DNA from: Candidatus Spongiisocius sp.
GTDB taxonomy: Bacteria; Actinomycetota; Acidimicrobiia; Spongiisociales; Spongiisociaceae
Assembly: GCA_965203035.1 (NCBI GenBank)
Contig: OZ241858.1
Coordinates: forward strand, 1,600,882 to 1,664,881
Direction: 5' to 3'
DNA: 64,000 bases
Shown here: positions 27,823-36,934 of the stretch, piece after piece
Numbering within the stretch: the first letter of the stretch is position 1
Layout: the number at the start of each line of letters is the position of its first letter
Notes under the pieces: model-generated
Told to the model about the DNA's origin: nothing
What the model saw: only the letters and a program-made list of their open reading frames with translations
Databases searched by the model: none
Position numbers and translations under genes: made by a program

Positions 27823-28596
27823 ATGACAGTGCCGGCACTCGAGGTCCGAGACCTATCGAAGGCGTTCCGGGCTGTACAGGCTCTGGACGGCGTCTCCCTC
27901 GAGCTTCATAGGGGGCGGGTCACGGCGCTGCTGGGCGACAACGGGGCCGGCAAGTCGACGCTCGTGAAGTGCCTGGCCGGGATCTACCAGCCCGACTCCG
28001 GGACCATCAGCATCGACGGGGCCCAGCATCGGATCTCCTCACCCGATGTGGCCCGATCGTTGGGTGTCGAGTCGGTGCACCAGGACCTGTCGCTCATCGA
28101 CACGCTGGACGTGGCCGAGAACCTGTTCCTGAACCGGGAGTACACGCGGGGTGGGTGGTTCGGATCAAGGTTGGGACTGCTGAACAAGAGGCGCATGCAC
28201 GAGGAGTGCGGGGAAACCCTGGCCCGGCTCGGCATCGCCATCCCGTCGCTGCGGCGCCCGGTCGGCCTGCTGTCAGGTGGCCAGCGGCAGGCGATCGCCA
28301 TCGGACGTGCAGTGGCCTGGGGCCAGCGGATCGTCCTCCTGGACGAGCCCGCCGCGGCGCTCGGTGTCGAGCAGGCCCGCCGGGTCCTGGACCTGATCCG
28401 GACGCTGCGGGACTCGAACGTGGCGGTGCTGCTGATCACCCACAACATGGACCGGGTCACGGCGGTGTGCGACAACGCCGTCGTGCTGCGTCGGGGCAGC
28501 AAGACGGCCGAGGCCGACATCAGCCAGGTGACCCAGGACGACCTGGTCGCCTTCATCACCGGCGCGAGAACCACCGAAGTTTCGGCGCGCGAATAG
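27823..28596 (+). CDS. ABC transporter ATP-binding protein (single ABC domain)
   Basis: Walker A 'GDNGAGKST', signature 'LSGGQRQ', Walker B 'LLDEP'. Start 'MTVPALEV' is 3 nt after the upstream stop. Confidence 0.8.
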   Translation: MTVPALEVRDLSKAFRAVQALDGVSLELHRGRVTALLGDNGAGKSTLVKCLAGIYQPDSGTISIDGAQHRISSPDVARSLGVESVHQDLSLIDTLDVAENLFLNREYTRGGWFGSRLGLLNKRRMHEECGETLARLGIAIPSLRRPVGLLSGGQRQAIAIGRAVAWGQRIVLLDEPAAALGVEQARRVLDLIRTLRDSNVAVLLITHNMDRVTAVCDNAVVLRRGSKTAEADISQVTQDDLVAFITGARTTEVSARE

Positions 28597-28622
28597 TCCG
28601 GCTGCGAAGGACTGCTCAGCTG

Positions 28623-29369
28623 GTGGAGGTTGTCGTCGCCTCGAACGCCGATGAGATGGCCGCCAGGGCCGCCGATCTCGTCCAGGCGTTCCTCGATTCC
28701 GCTGCCTCGCCGGTTCTGGGTCTGGCGACAGGTGCGTCGGTGCAACCGCTCTACCGGGAACTGGTCCGCCGCCACCGGGAGGAGTCGCTCTCGTTCGCCT
28801 CGACCCGGGCATTCCTGCTGGACGAGTACGTAGGGCTCGACCCCGGCCACCCGCAACTGTATCGCAACGTCGTCCGCCGAGACCTGGTCGGGCACGTCGA
28901 CCTGGACCCCGCCCGCCTGCACTCTCCCGACGTCGGCGCCGCCGATCTCCACGACGAATGCAGCCGCTACGACCGCCTGATCGGCCGGGCGCGGGTCGGG
29001 CTCCAGATTCTCGGGATCGGGCGCAACGGCCATCTTGCCTTCAACGAGCCCGGTTCGCCCTTCGATTCCCGCACCAGAGTCGTGAGCCTCACCGCGACGA
29101 CCCGGGCCGACAACGCGCGGTTCTTCAGCAGCCCGGATGACGTGCCGCGCCGCGCGTCGACGCAAGGTCTCGGCACGATCATGGAGACCGGCCATCTGGT
29201 GGTGATAGCCCTGGGTTCCGCCAAGGCCGCCGCGGTCAGGGGTGCCCTGCGAGGTCCGGTTACGGAGACCCTCCCGGCCTCAATCCTCCAAACCCACCCC
29301 CGCGTGACCCTGATCCTCGATACCCATGCAGCAAGAGCCTCCGTAGTAAGCGCCAACCGCTGTCGGTGA
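28623..29369 (+). CDS. nagB: glucosamine-6-phosphate deaminase (NagB family)
   Basis: 'LGLATGAS', 'LDEYVGL', 'ILGIGRNGHLAFNEPGS' family signatures. GTG start inside track ORF 27969..29369. Confidence 0.7.
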   Translation: MEVVVASNADEMAARAADLVQAFLDSAASPVLGLATGASVQPLYRELVRRHREESLSFASTRAFLLDEYVGLDPGHPQLYRNVVRRDLVGHVDLDPARLHSPDVGAADLHDECSRYDRLIGRARVGLQILGIGRNGHLAFNEPGSPFDSRTRVVSLTATTRADNARFFSSPDDVPRRASTQGLGTIMETGHLVVIALGSAKAAAVRGALRGPVTETLPASILQTHPRVTLILDTHAARASVVSANRCR

Positions 29370-29448
29370 CCCGCCACCATCGGGCCGATATTCTTCGTGG
29401 AAGAGATGTAACCTTGCAATTCTGGTGCAGTAGTCCATAATTACAAGG

Positions 29449-30624
29449 ATGATTGCCCGACGCCTACAGACGCAGCTGCACGACCTGCTGGCGGATTACC
29501 CGGCCGTTGCTCTGATCGGACCGCGACAGGTTGGCAAGACGACCCTTGCCCTGGAGGTTTCCGAGACCTTGGACTCGGTGTACCTCGACCTTGAATCGCC
29601 CGCGGATCTCGCCAGGCTCTCCGATCCAGAGTTGTACCTCGCGGATCATGAGGACCGGCTGGCCATCCTCGATGAAGTCCATCGCCTGCCGGGTCTGTTC
29701 CAGAGCCTGCGCGGCCTCATCGACCGCGGGAAGCGGAGGGGAAAGCGGACCGGGCGGTTCCTTCTGCTGGGATCCGCCTCGATGGAGCTGTTGCGACAGT
29801 CCGGGGAGACCCTGGCCGGACGCATTGCCTATCTAGAACTCCGACCGTTTGACGTGGTGGAGGTCGGGGCAAGCAACCAAGATGCCCTTTGGGTGCGGGG
29901 CGGTTTCCCGGACAGTTTCCTGGCCGCTGACGACGGCAGAAGCCTTACCTGGCGGGAGAACTTCATACGGACGTGTCTCGAGCGAGACGTTCCCCAATTC
30001 GGCCCGCGCATCCCTGCCGAAACTCTCAGGCGCTTCTGGGTGATGCTGGCCCACACGCAGGGAGGAACGCTCAACGCGGCCGCCCTCGCCCGTGGCCTCG
30101 GCGTGGACGGCAAGACCGTCTCCCGTTACCTTGACCTCATGGTGGACCTTCTCCTGGTCCGCCGCGTGACGCCATGGCGCCGCAACGTGGGAAAGCGTCT
30201 GGTCAAGTCGCCGAAGGTGTACGTCCGCGACAGCGGCATCGTGCACGCACTGCTCGGCCTGGCCTCCAAGGAGGACGTAGTCGGCCACCCCGTCGTCGGT
30301 ATGAGTTGGGAAGGGTTCGTGATCGAGACCCTGCTGTCGTTCGCCCCCGACCGGGCGGACGCGAGCTTCTACCGCTCGTCGGGCGGAGCGGAGATCGATC
30401 TGATCCTGACGCTGCCCGGCAGGGCGCCCTGGGCTATCGAGGTCAAGCGCAGCCTCGACCCGCGGCCACGCAGGGGCTTCCACAACGCCTGCAAAGACGT
30501 GCGTCCGGAGGCCAAGTTTGTCGTCTACCCCGGCAACGAGCGCTACAGGCTCGCCGAGGATATCGAAGCCGTCACCGTTCTCGACCTGGCAAGGCGGGTG
30601 GCGCGTTCGGCCACGCGGCCATGA
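29449..30624 (+). CDS. AAA+ ATPase, COG1373 type (AAA_14 + DUF4143)
   Basis: Walker A 'LIGPRQVGKTT' and the C-terminal DUF4143-like region. Confidence 0.75.
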   Translation: MIARRLQTQLHDLLADYPAVALIGPRQVGKTTLALEVSETLDSVYLDLESPADLARLSDPELYLADHEDRLAILDEVHRLPGLFQSLRGLIDRGKRRGKRTGRFLLLGSASMELLRQSGETLAGRIAYLELRPFDVVEVGASNQDALWVRGGFPDSFLAADDGRSLTWRENFIRTCLERDVPQFGPRIPAETLRRFWVMLAHTQGGTLNAAALARGLGVDGKTVSRYLDLMVDLLLVRRVTPWRRNVGKRLVKSPKVYVRDSGIVHALLGLASKEDVVGHPVVGMSWEGFVIETLLSFAPDRADASFYRSSGGAEIDLILTLPGRAPWAIEVKRSLDPRPRRGFHNACKDVRPEAKFVVYPGNERYRLAEDIEAVTVLDLARRVARSATRP

Positions 30625-31049
30625 GACGAACACGCTGGGTGTCCTGGATCGGTGGCTCGTGCCCCTACCCCTATACGTGCGCCACCCAGCTCACCGGACA
30701 AATCCCGGTCCGTGAGAACGCGAAAATCGCGGGAACACGCTCCTCCTCAGCGGGCCCATCCCCCAGCCACCACCTCCTTCGGTCCGAGCGCGTCCGGCCA
30801 TCCCCGCCCGGGTCCGCTCCCGAGTTGATCCCGGCTCCGGTCCCCTCGACGTCGAATAGCAGGAGACCGGTGGTGTTTGTGACTGCCGGACAGTATGCGA
30901 CGGGTCTGTGACAAGTTCAACCCCCTTGTCCGTGCGGGGCTTGCTCTACCCCGGAGGGCATGGTTAAGGAGCGGGGCAAACACGGGACTCGAGACTCAGG
31001 ATGAGGGGCAGATCGTTGCAAGCGTCGTTAGAAACCGCGCTCCTAAGAG

Positions 31050-31190
31050 CGCGCAGGTCCGGCCGCTCTCCGTCCGGAGAGGAGCCGGACCTACTTCCTC
31101 CGTCTAATGTCGTCGGCCCTCGATTATCACCCGGCCGGGTCGGGATTCCAACCGGACCACCGATACCCGTTCGTCACCGGATGGGCCAAA
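31050..31190 (+). repeat. structured interspersed repeat, copy 2
   Basis: See copy 1. Same orientation. Roughly 80% identity over the first ~100 nt with preserved hairpin pairing. Confidence 0.35.
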
Positions 31191-31399
31191 GTCCAGAATG
31201 TCCATGGTCCTGCCGTTGGCAGCGGTCCTTTCTCGCGAATACAATGACCGCTTGAAAACCCCGGAACCGTCCCTGCTTCGGCAAACGGCCGGGGTTACGG
31301 CTTTCCCGGACAGACGGTGTCCTGCTCCTGAGACCGGAAGCTCACCGTGGACCGACCGGCACCGGCCCGATGGCGGGAGAGGCGGCTTGACCTCAGTCT

Positions 31400-32515
31400 T
31401 CAGGTGACCACTTTCATGACGGTGCTGCGGCCGGGGGAGGTGTGGACCCTTCGGTAGCCCAGCATGACCGGCCGGGCTGCTCCAACGCCGGTGTCCACCC
31501 GGAGGACGGGCGGGTCCAGGAGGCGTACCTTCTCCTCTCCGGCCAGGATCATCACGTTCTCCTCCCCGACCCGGCTGATGACCTCGGGGCTGATCTGCTG
31601 GTTGCCCCTGCCGAGCAGGAAGCCCTGGCCGCCGATCACCCCCAGGTAGATCGTGGCGGGAACGCCCGGTTCCAGCAGGGCGACCAGCTCGGCGGCGGTG
31701 ACGTTGGTGGCGACCATCCGGCGGTTGCGAACCACGTCCACGCCGGCCAGGGTTCCTTCCAGGTCCAGGTGATCGACGATCCGGGCCACGGTGGTTCCGG
31801 GTCCGAGCACGTAGAGGTGGTCGGGCGCCATCTCTTCGGCGAGCTTGCTGCACAGCCGGTCCAGGCTGGCATCGTCTCCCAGCGCGGTGGTGGCCTTGCC
31901 GGGCTGGAGAAGGTCACGGACGAAGGGGACCGATGCGACCGAGAAGCCTGCCACGTGGCCCGGGTCGTCCCCGGCGTCCAGCACCTCTCGCCGGGTCAGG
32001 GGAACCTGGTCGGGTGTGGCCAGGTAGCGGGACGCCATGGCGCCGGCCGCCTCCGGCGTGTTTCCGAACACGGCGGAATGCATCTTGACACCGGTGGGGA
32101 TGCCCACTACCGGAACCTCGGTACCGACCACCCCCACGATGTCGCGGGCTGTCCCGTCCCCTCCGGCGAAGGCGATCAAGCCGGCACCCTCCTCGAGCAT
32201 CCGGGCGGCTACCTCACGGGTGTCGGCCGAGGTGGTCGGGTCCGACCTCACCGGTACCACGACAGGGGAGAGCCCGGCTTCTCGGGCGGTCTTCTCGCCC
32301 ATGGCGCCGGAGCCTGTTATCACCGGCAGGTCGGGTATGGCCTTCGCCAGCAGCCTGACGGCTCGGCCCGCCCGGCGGTGGGCGATGGGGACCGCTCCGA
32401 GGGCGGCGGCCTGCCGGTAGGTCTCGCCGTCGGTGCCGTGGAGGCCCACCGACCCTCCCATTCCCGCGATCGGGTTGACGATCAGGCCCAGCCGCATCGG
32501 GTTCGCTCGGTCCAT
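31400..32515 (-). CDS. ATP-NAD kinase-family protein (COG3199-like)
   Basis: 'LIVNPIAGMGG' and 'GGDGT' motifs. Start chosen at an internal Met; upstream part of the track ORF is uncertain. Confidence 0.6.
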   Translation of the reverse strand: MDRANPMRLGLIVNPIAGMGGSVGLHGTDGETYRQAAALGAVPIAHRRAGRAVRLLAKAIPDLPVITGSGAMGEKTAREAGLSPVVVPVRSDPTTSADTREVAARMLEEGAGLIAFAGGDGTARDIVGVVGTEVPVVGIPTGVKMHSAVFGNTPEAAGAMASRYLATPDQVPLTRREVLDAGDDPGHVAGFSVASVPFVRDLLQPGKATTALGDDASLDRLCSKLAEEMAPDHLYVLGPGTTVARIVDHLDLEGTLAGVDVVRNRRMVATNVTAAELVALLEPGVPATIYLGVIGGQGFLLGRGNQQISPEVISRVGEENVMILAGEEKVRLLDPPVLRVDTGVGAARPVMLGYRRVHTSPGRSTVMKVVT

Positions 32516-32649
32516 GAACCCGGAAGGTAGTGGTCTGCCTGCGAAACAGCTAGGCCATTCCGCAGACAGACCACCAGCGGCGGACCGCTGGATGAGTAGT
32601 TCCAGGGGGTTCACATCATGATTCCATTAGCGTGTCCTATCCCTGACAG

Positions 32650-33048
32650 ATGGACCCCCGAAAACTCAAGGAGGAACCGATGCCGGAAGTCATAGCGGAG
32701 GGCGCCTTCGACCTGGGCGACTATGAGCAGGAGTTGTCCGCCGCGCCGGAGAATCATGCTGTCGGCACCAAGCTCCTCTACGAGAACGACCGGGTGGGAG
32801 TCTGGGAGGTGCGACTCCACCCGGGCGAACGGGCTCCGTTCCACATCCACGACCGGCCCTATTTCTGGACGGTTGTGGATGCGGGCACCGGTCGGCAACG
32901 CTCCGGTGACGGCACCTACGCGATCCGCCGCTACGAGGTGGGCGACACCCAATTCGGGAACCACTCGCCGGAGGAGTCGATGATCCACGATCTCGAGAAC
33001 CGTGGCGACACCGAGATACGATTTATTACGGTAGAACTCTATGAGTAG
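32650..33048 (+). CDS. cupin-domain protein
   Basis: Small beta-barrel protein with 'HIHDRPYFWTVVDAG' cupin-like motif. Confidence 0.55.
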   Translation: MDPRKLKEEPMPEVIAEGAFDLGDYEQELSAAPENHAVGTKLLYENDRVGVWEVRLHPGERAPFHIHDRPYFWTVVDAGTGRQRSGDGTYAIRRYEVGDTQFGNHSPEESMIHDLENRGDTEIRFITVELYE

Positions 33049-33163
33049 AGCATTGTTGACATAACCGCCGACGATCATTGGACCATGGACTCAGCGGGAC
33101 TGAAAGCGCCTACGCACTCGCTCGCTACGATCCGGTAACAGCCGACCGGAAGGAGCATGGACA

Positions 33164-33685
33164 ATGGCCGCGAAACTCTACGAGTTCCTCGACGTATCGG
33201 CCGGTCTCCAGCCCGGCCAGTTCGGAATCGGAAGACGCAGCGAGCTAGAGAGCTTGAACGACTTGGATCCGATCTACAAGCGTTTGCTTGATGAGTCGGT
33301 CACCGCGGTGGTCAGCGTGATTGCGGCGGACGGCAGGCCCAGCCTTACCCCGATGTGGTTCGGTTACGAGGACGACAAAGTGTTGCTCAACGTCGCCGCC
33401 CATCGGAAGAAGACTGCATGGATCAGAGCCAATCCCGAAGTCTCGCTGATCCTTGTCAATCCTGACAATCCTTATCACTGGCTGTCCATGAAGGTGACGG
33501 TATCTCGAGAGATCTCCGAGAACGACCCGGAAGATGGCGCAAGAGCGACCGAGACGATAGACGCGGCCTGGGTCAAGTACACCGGCGCCGAGCCCCCGTA
33601 CGGGCTGCGAGATCCTTCGATCGATGAGCGCCGGGTGTTGTTCGAGTGTCGGGTGGACAAGGTTTCCACCTTCGGCCAGCCCTAA
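33164..33685 (+). CDS. pyridoxamine-5'-phosphate-oxidase-fold (PPOX-class) protein
   Basis: 'PMWFGYEDDKVLLNVAAHRKKTAWIRANPEVSLIL' typical of the split-barrel PPOX / F420-dependent family. Confidence 0.55.
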   Translation: MAAKLYEFLDVSAGLQPGQFGIGRRSELESLNDLDPIYKRLLDESVTAVVSVIAADGRPSLTPMWFGYEDDKVLLNVAAHRKKTAWIRANPEVSLILVNPDNPYHWLSMKVTVSREISENDPEDGARATETIDAAWVKYTGAEPPYGLRDPSIDERRVLFECRVDKVSTFGQP

Positions 33686-33730
33686 CAGCAGTCTCACGTC
33701 CGGTCGGGTCCGGCGCCGACCGCCCCTCTG

Positions 33731-34936
33731 ATGAGCCACATGCCCCGGGTCGCGATCGTGGGGGGATCGATCGGCGGCCTGACGGCGGCGCTGGTGTTGG
33801 GGGACCTCGGATGCGACGTGAACGTCTACGAACGGTCCACCGCCGAGTTGGAGGCCCGGGGCGCGGGGATCGTCCTGCACCCGGTGACCGTTCGCTACTT
33901 CGAGGAGCGCCGTCATCTCGACGCCGCCCGGGTCTCGGTAAGTCTGCCGTGGCTTCGGTTTCTCGACCGGGACGGCTCGGTGGCGCACGAGGAGCGCACC
34001 AACTACCGGTTCAGTTCCTGGAACACGCTGTACCGCAACCTCCTGGCGTGCTTCGACCACAACCGTTACCACCTCGGCCACGAGATGATCGATGTTGAAC
34101 AGGATGACAGGCGGGCAAGGCTCCGGTTCGCCAACGGAGTAACCACCTCGGCCGACTTGGTGGTGTGCGCCGACGGCGTCTCGTCGCGATCCAGGGCGAT
34201 CCTTCAACCTCATGTCGCGCCGCGCTACGCCGGCTACGTCGCCTGGCGGGGCACGATCCCGGAGTCGGAACTATCCCCTCCGACCTTGCGCCGGCTCGGG
34301 GATGCCATCACCTACCACCTCACCGCCGAGGGACACGTCCTCATCTACCCGATCCCGGGCCCGTCCGGCGAGCTGACGCCCGGACGGCGGACCCAAGGGT
34401 TCGTCTGGTACCACAACTACGCCGACGGAGATGAGCTGTGTGACCTGCTCACCGACCGGACCGGGCGCCGTAGAGACTCGTCGGTGCCGCCCGGACGCAT
34501 GCAAGACCCGCATGTGGCCTGGGCCCGCCGCTACGCCGCCGCGACCTTTCCGCCGGTGATCGCAGAGGTGGTCACGCGCACCGTCGATCCGTTCGTCCAG
34601 GTGGTGCTGGATGTGGCCGTGCGTGGGATGGCCTTCGGCAGGGTATGCCTGATCGGAGATGCGGCTATCTTGGTGCGCCCGCACGCCGGCGCCGGAACCG
34701 CCAAGGCCTGCTCCGACGCATGGGCGCTGGGTGACGCCCTCCACGAGGCCGGCGGAGACCCGCAGACCGCGCTGGCTGCCTGGGCGCCTCGGCAGTTGGC
34801 GGTAGGCCATGCCCTGATGGAGCGGGCGCGCTGGATGGGGGACGGAAGCCAGTTCCGCCACGACTGGACACCGGGGGACCCTCGCCTCCGGTTCGGCCTC
34901 TATCAGGCCGGAGACTCGGTCTTCGACACGCCGTGA
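33731..34936 (+). CDS. FAD-dependent monooxygenase
   Basis: N-terminal 'VAIVGGSIGGLTAALVL' FAD fold and 'LIGDAAILVRPHAGAGTAKA' motif. Confidence 0.75.
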   Translation: MSHMPRVAIVGGSIGGLTAALVLGDLGCDVNVYERSTAELEARGAGIVLHPVTVRYFEERRHLDAARVSVSLPWLRFLDRDGSVAHEERTNYRFSSWNTLYRNLLACFDHNRYHLGHEMIDVEQDDRRARLRFANGVTTSADLVVCADGVSSRSRAILQPHVAPRYAGYVAWRGTIPESELSPPTLRRLGDAITYHLTAEGHVLIYPIPGPSGELTPGRRTQGFVWYHNYADGDELCDLLTDRTGRRRDSSVPPGRMQDPHVAWARRYAAATFPPVIAEVVTRTVDPFVQVVLDVAVRGMAFGRVCLIGDAAILVRPHAGAGTAKACSDAWALGDALHEAGGDPQTALAAWAPRQLAVGHALMERARWMGDGSQFRHDWTPGDPRLRFGLYQAGDSVFDTP

Positions 34937-34958
34937 ATCGAAAACAGGTGGGCACGCC

Positions 34959-36713
34959 CTAGCCCCGATTCTTCATGGGGTTGGTGGTGGGGGTGGGTGG
35001 TTTGACGCGGGAATGCCCTTCTGGCCTGCGATTATGGGCTGTGCGAAGTAGTCCGTGATCACAGTCAGGAGGGCACCCGTATGGTGAAGGTTAACAGCAG
35101 TCTGGCGTTGGGGGTTGAGGTTGGTGGCGGCAGCCAGGTCGGCCATGTGGGGTTGTGGCTTTTGGGCCGGTTCGCGGATCGTTTGCGGGTGGGCGAAGTG
35201 CTGTCGGAAGCGTTCGGCACCTCGGGTGTGACACATGATCGGGGCCGGTTGCTGGTCCATTTGATGTTGGTCCTTGCTGGGGGTGGGGAGGCTTGCACGG
35301 ACATCGAGACGTTGCGTTCCCAGCCTGGGTTGTTCGGTCGGGTGGCGTCGGACTCGACTCTGTACCGGACGCTGACCGGATCTGATGAGAGCCTGTTAGA
35401 GACCCTGGCCGGGGCGATGGCTCGGGTCCGGGAACGGGTGTGGGCCGACTTCCCCGAAGACGAAACCGTAGTGTTGGATGTTGATTCGTCGGTTCATGAG
35501 CTGCATTCTGAGAACAAGGCGGGCGCCGCGCCCACCTACAACCGCAAATACGGGTTCCATCCTCTCTATTGTTTCGCGGACTGGACGGGGGAGCCGCTTT
35601 CGGTTCGGCTACGGCGAGGCGACGCCGCCCCTAATAAGGTTTCTGATTTGGTCGAGGTGCTGGACGCGGCTATCGCGGCGTTGCCTGAGCGGATGCGGGT
35701 GGGGCATTCGCCGGGTGACGACCCCGAACTGGTGGCGTATCCGATCCGGGTCCGGGCCGACTCCGCGGCGGGTCCCGCGTTCGCTACCGAATGCCGCCGC
35801 CGCAACGTCGGGTTCAGTTTCGTCGCTCGAGCTTCTGACGGGATCGCCGAAGCCCTCAGCCACATCCCTACCGACGACCCAGCCTGGGCACCTGGCCTTC
35901 CCCAACCCAAACCAGCACAGCCCAGCGCGAACACCGCAAAGGTCGCCAACGACACAGAAACTTCCCCGCCTCGTGCGCATGTGATCGAACTCCGCGGCCA
36001 CGTCAAAGCCATCCGATGGCCCAAACAAGGACTGCGGCTCATCATCAGACGCGAACCCAAACATCCCGGAGCGCGACGATCCCTACTCGACTCCGACAAC
36101 TACCGCTACTGGGGACACTGGACCGACACCACAGCCACCGCTCCCGAATCCGACCGTGACATGCGCGCCCACGCCCGAGTCGAGACCCACATCGCCCGCA
36201 TCAAAGACCAAGGCGGCAACCGCTTCCCATTCGCCCGCTTCGCCCCCAACCGGCTCTGGCTCCACATAGTCGCCCTCGCCGACACCCTCGTCCGCTGGTT
36301 CCAGAAACTCTCCCTACCCCAACATCACCCCCTCGCCCGAGCGAAACCCAAAACACTGCGCTGGAACCTATGGCACATACCCGGGATCATCACACGCCAC
36401 GCCCGAAAAACCACCCTCCGAATACCACCCACCTGGCCCACCGCCACCCTCATCACCACCACCCACCAACACATCCACACCATCTAAACCAACCCCCACC
36501 CCCAACACCCCCTGAACCCTGAACCCACCACGCCCACAACACCCACCCCACCTGTCCTCGAACCGCGAACCGAACCGAACCAGCCCCCTCAACCCACCCC
36601 ACAACCCCCACAACCCCCAACAACCACCCGACTAACCCACCTCAAACCCCCCACACCCCCAACCCTGAACCGCCCCGGGTCTACCCCCCGGACACATGAA
36701 GAATCAGGGCTAG
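34959..36713 (+). mobile_element. IS1380-family insertion sequence (~1.75 kb)
   Basis: Terminal inverted repeats CTAGCCCCGATTCTTCATG (left) and CATGAAGAATCAGGGCTAG (right). Transposase inside. C/A-rich low-complexity tail at 36490-36690. Confidence 0.8.
35081..36487 (+). CDS. IS1380-family DDE transposase (468 aa)
   Basis: 'VLDVDSS', 'YNRKYGFHPLYCF', 'AHARVETHIARIKD', 'NRLWLHIVALADTLV' are typical of IS1380 transposases. Confidence 0.8.
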   Translation: MVKVNSSLALGVEVGGGSQVGHVGLWLLGRFADRLRVGEVLSEAFGTSGVTHDRGRLLVHLMLVLAGGGEACTDIETLRSQPGLFGRVASDSTLYRTLTGSDESLLETLAGAMARVRERVWADFPEDETVVLDVDSSVHELHSENKAGAAPTYNRKYGFHPLYCFADWTGEPLSVRLRRGDAAPNKVSDLVEVLDAAIAALPERMRVGHSPGDDPELVAYPIRVRADSAAGPAFATECRRRNVGFSFVARASDGIAEALSHIPTDDPAWAPGLPQPKPAQPSANTAKVANDTETSPPRAHVIELRGHVKAIRWPKQGLRLIIRREPKHPGARRSLLDSDNYRYWGHWTDTTATAPESDRDMRAHARVETHIARIKDQGGNRFPFARFAPNRLWLHIVALADTLVRWFQKLSLPQHHPLARAKPKTLRWNLWHIPGIITRHARKTTLRIPPTWPTATLITTTHQHIHTI

Positions 36714-36934
36714 TACGTAGCGAACTTGACCGGCAGGGCTCACTTCTGGCTGCCGGCGCAGAGTCCGTTGTCGAGATCGGTCGAAGTGTCCGTCGTTTCC
36801 GGCAAACCCGAAACGGACAGGGGTAATGGGATTGGAGCCACCCCCATCGGTAGACGGCCGATGGACGCGCGGCAGCCTTCCATCGGTAAAGTTAACGGCC
36901 AGCAAGATGAGCGCGAGACCGAAGGTGTGATGGA

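Noticed and set aside
29449-30624. COG1373 AAA+ ATPase as a defence component
   Set aside because: Single gene without partner nuclease or effector. The family is widespread and of unknown function, so it is listed only as a feature.
21462-31190. The two repeat copies as attL/attR of a genomic island carrying the sugar/peptide catabolic cluster
   Set aside because: Copies are too diverged for recombination-generated att sites. No integrase or tRNA gene nearby.
36490-36700. C/A-rich tract that could encode a Pro/Thr-rich peptide
   Set aside because: Lies inside the IS1380 element between the transposase stop and the right inverted repeat. No start or SD. Treated as non-coding IS tail.
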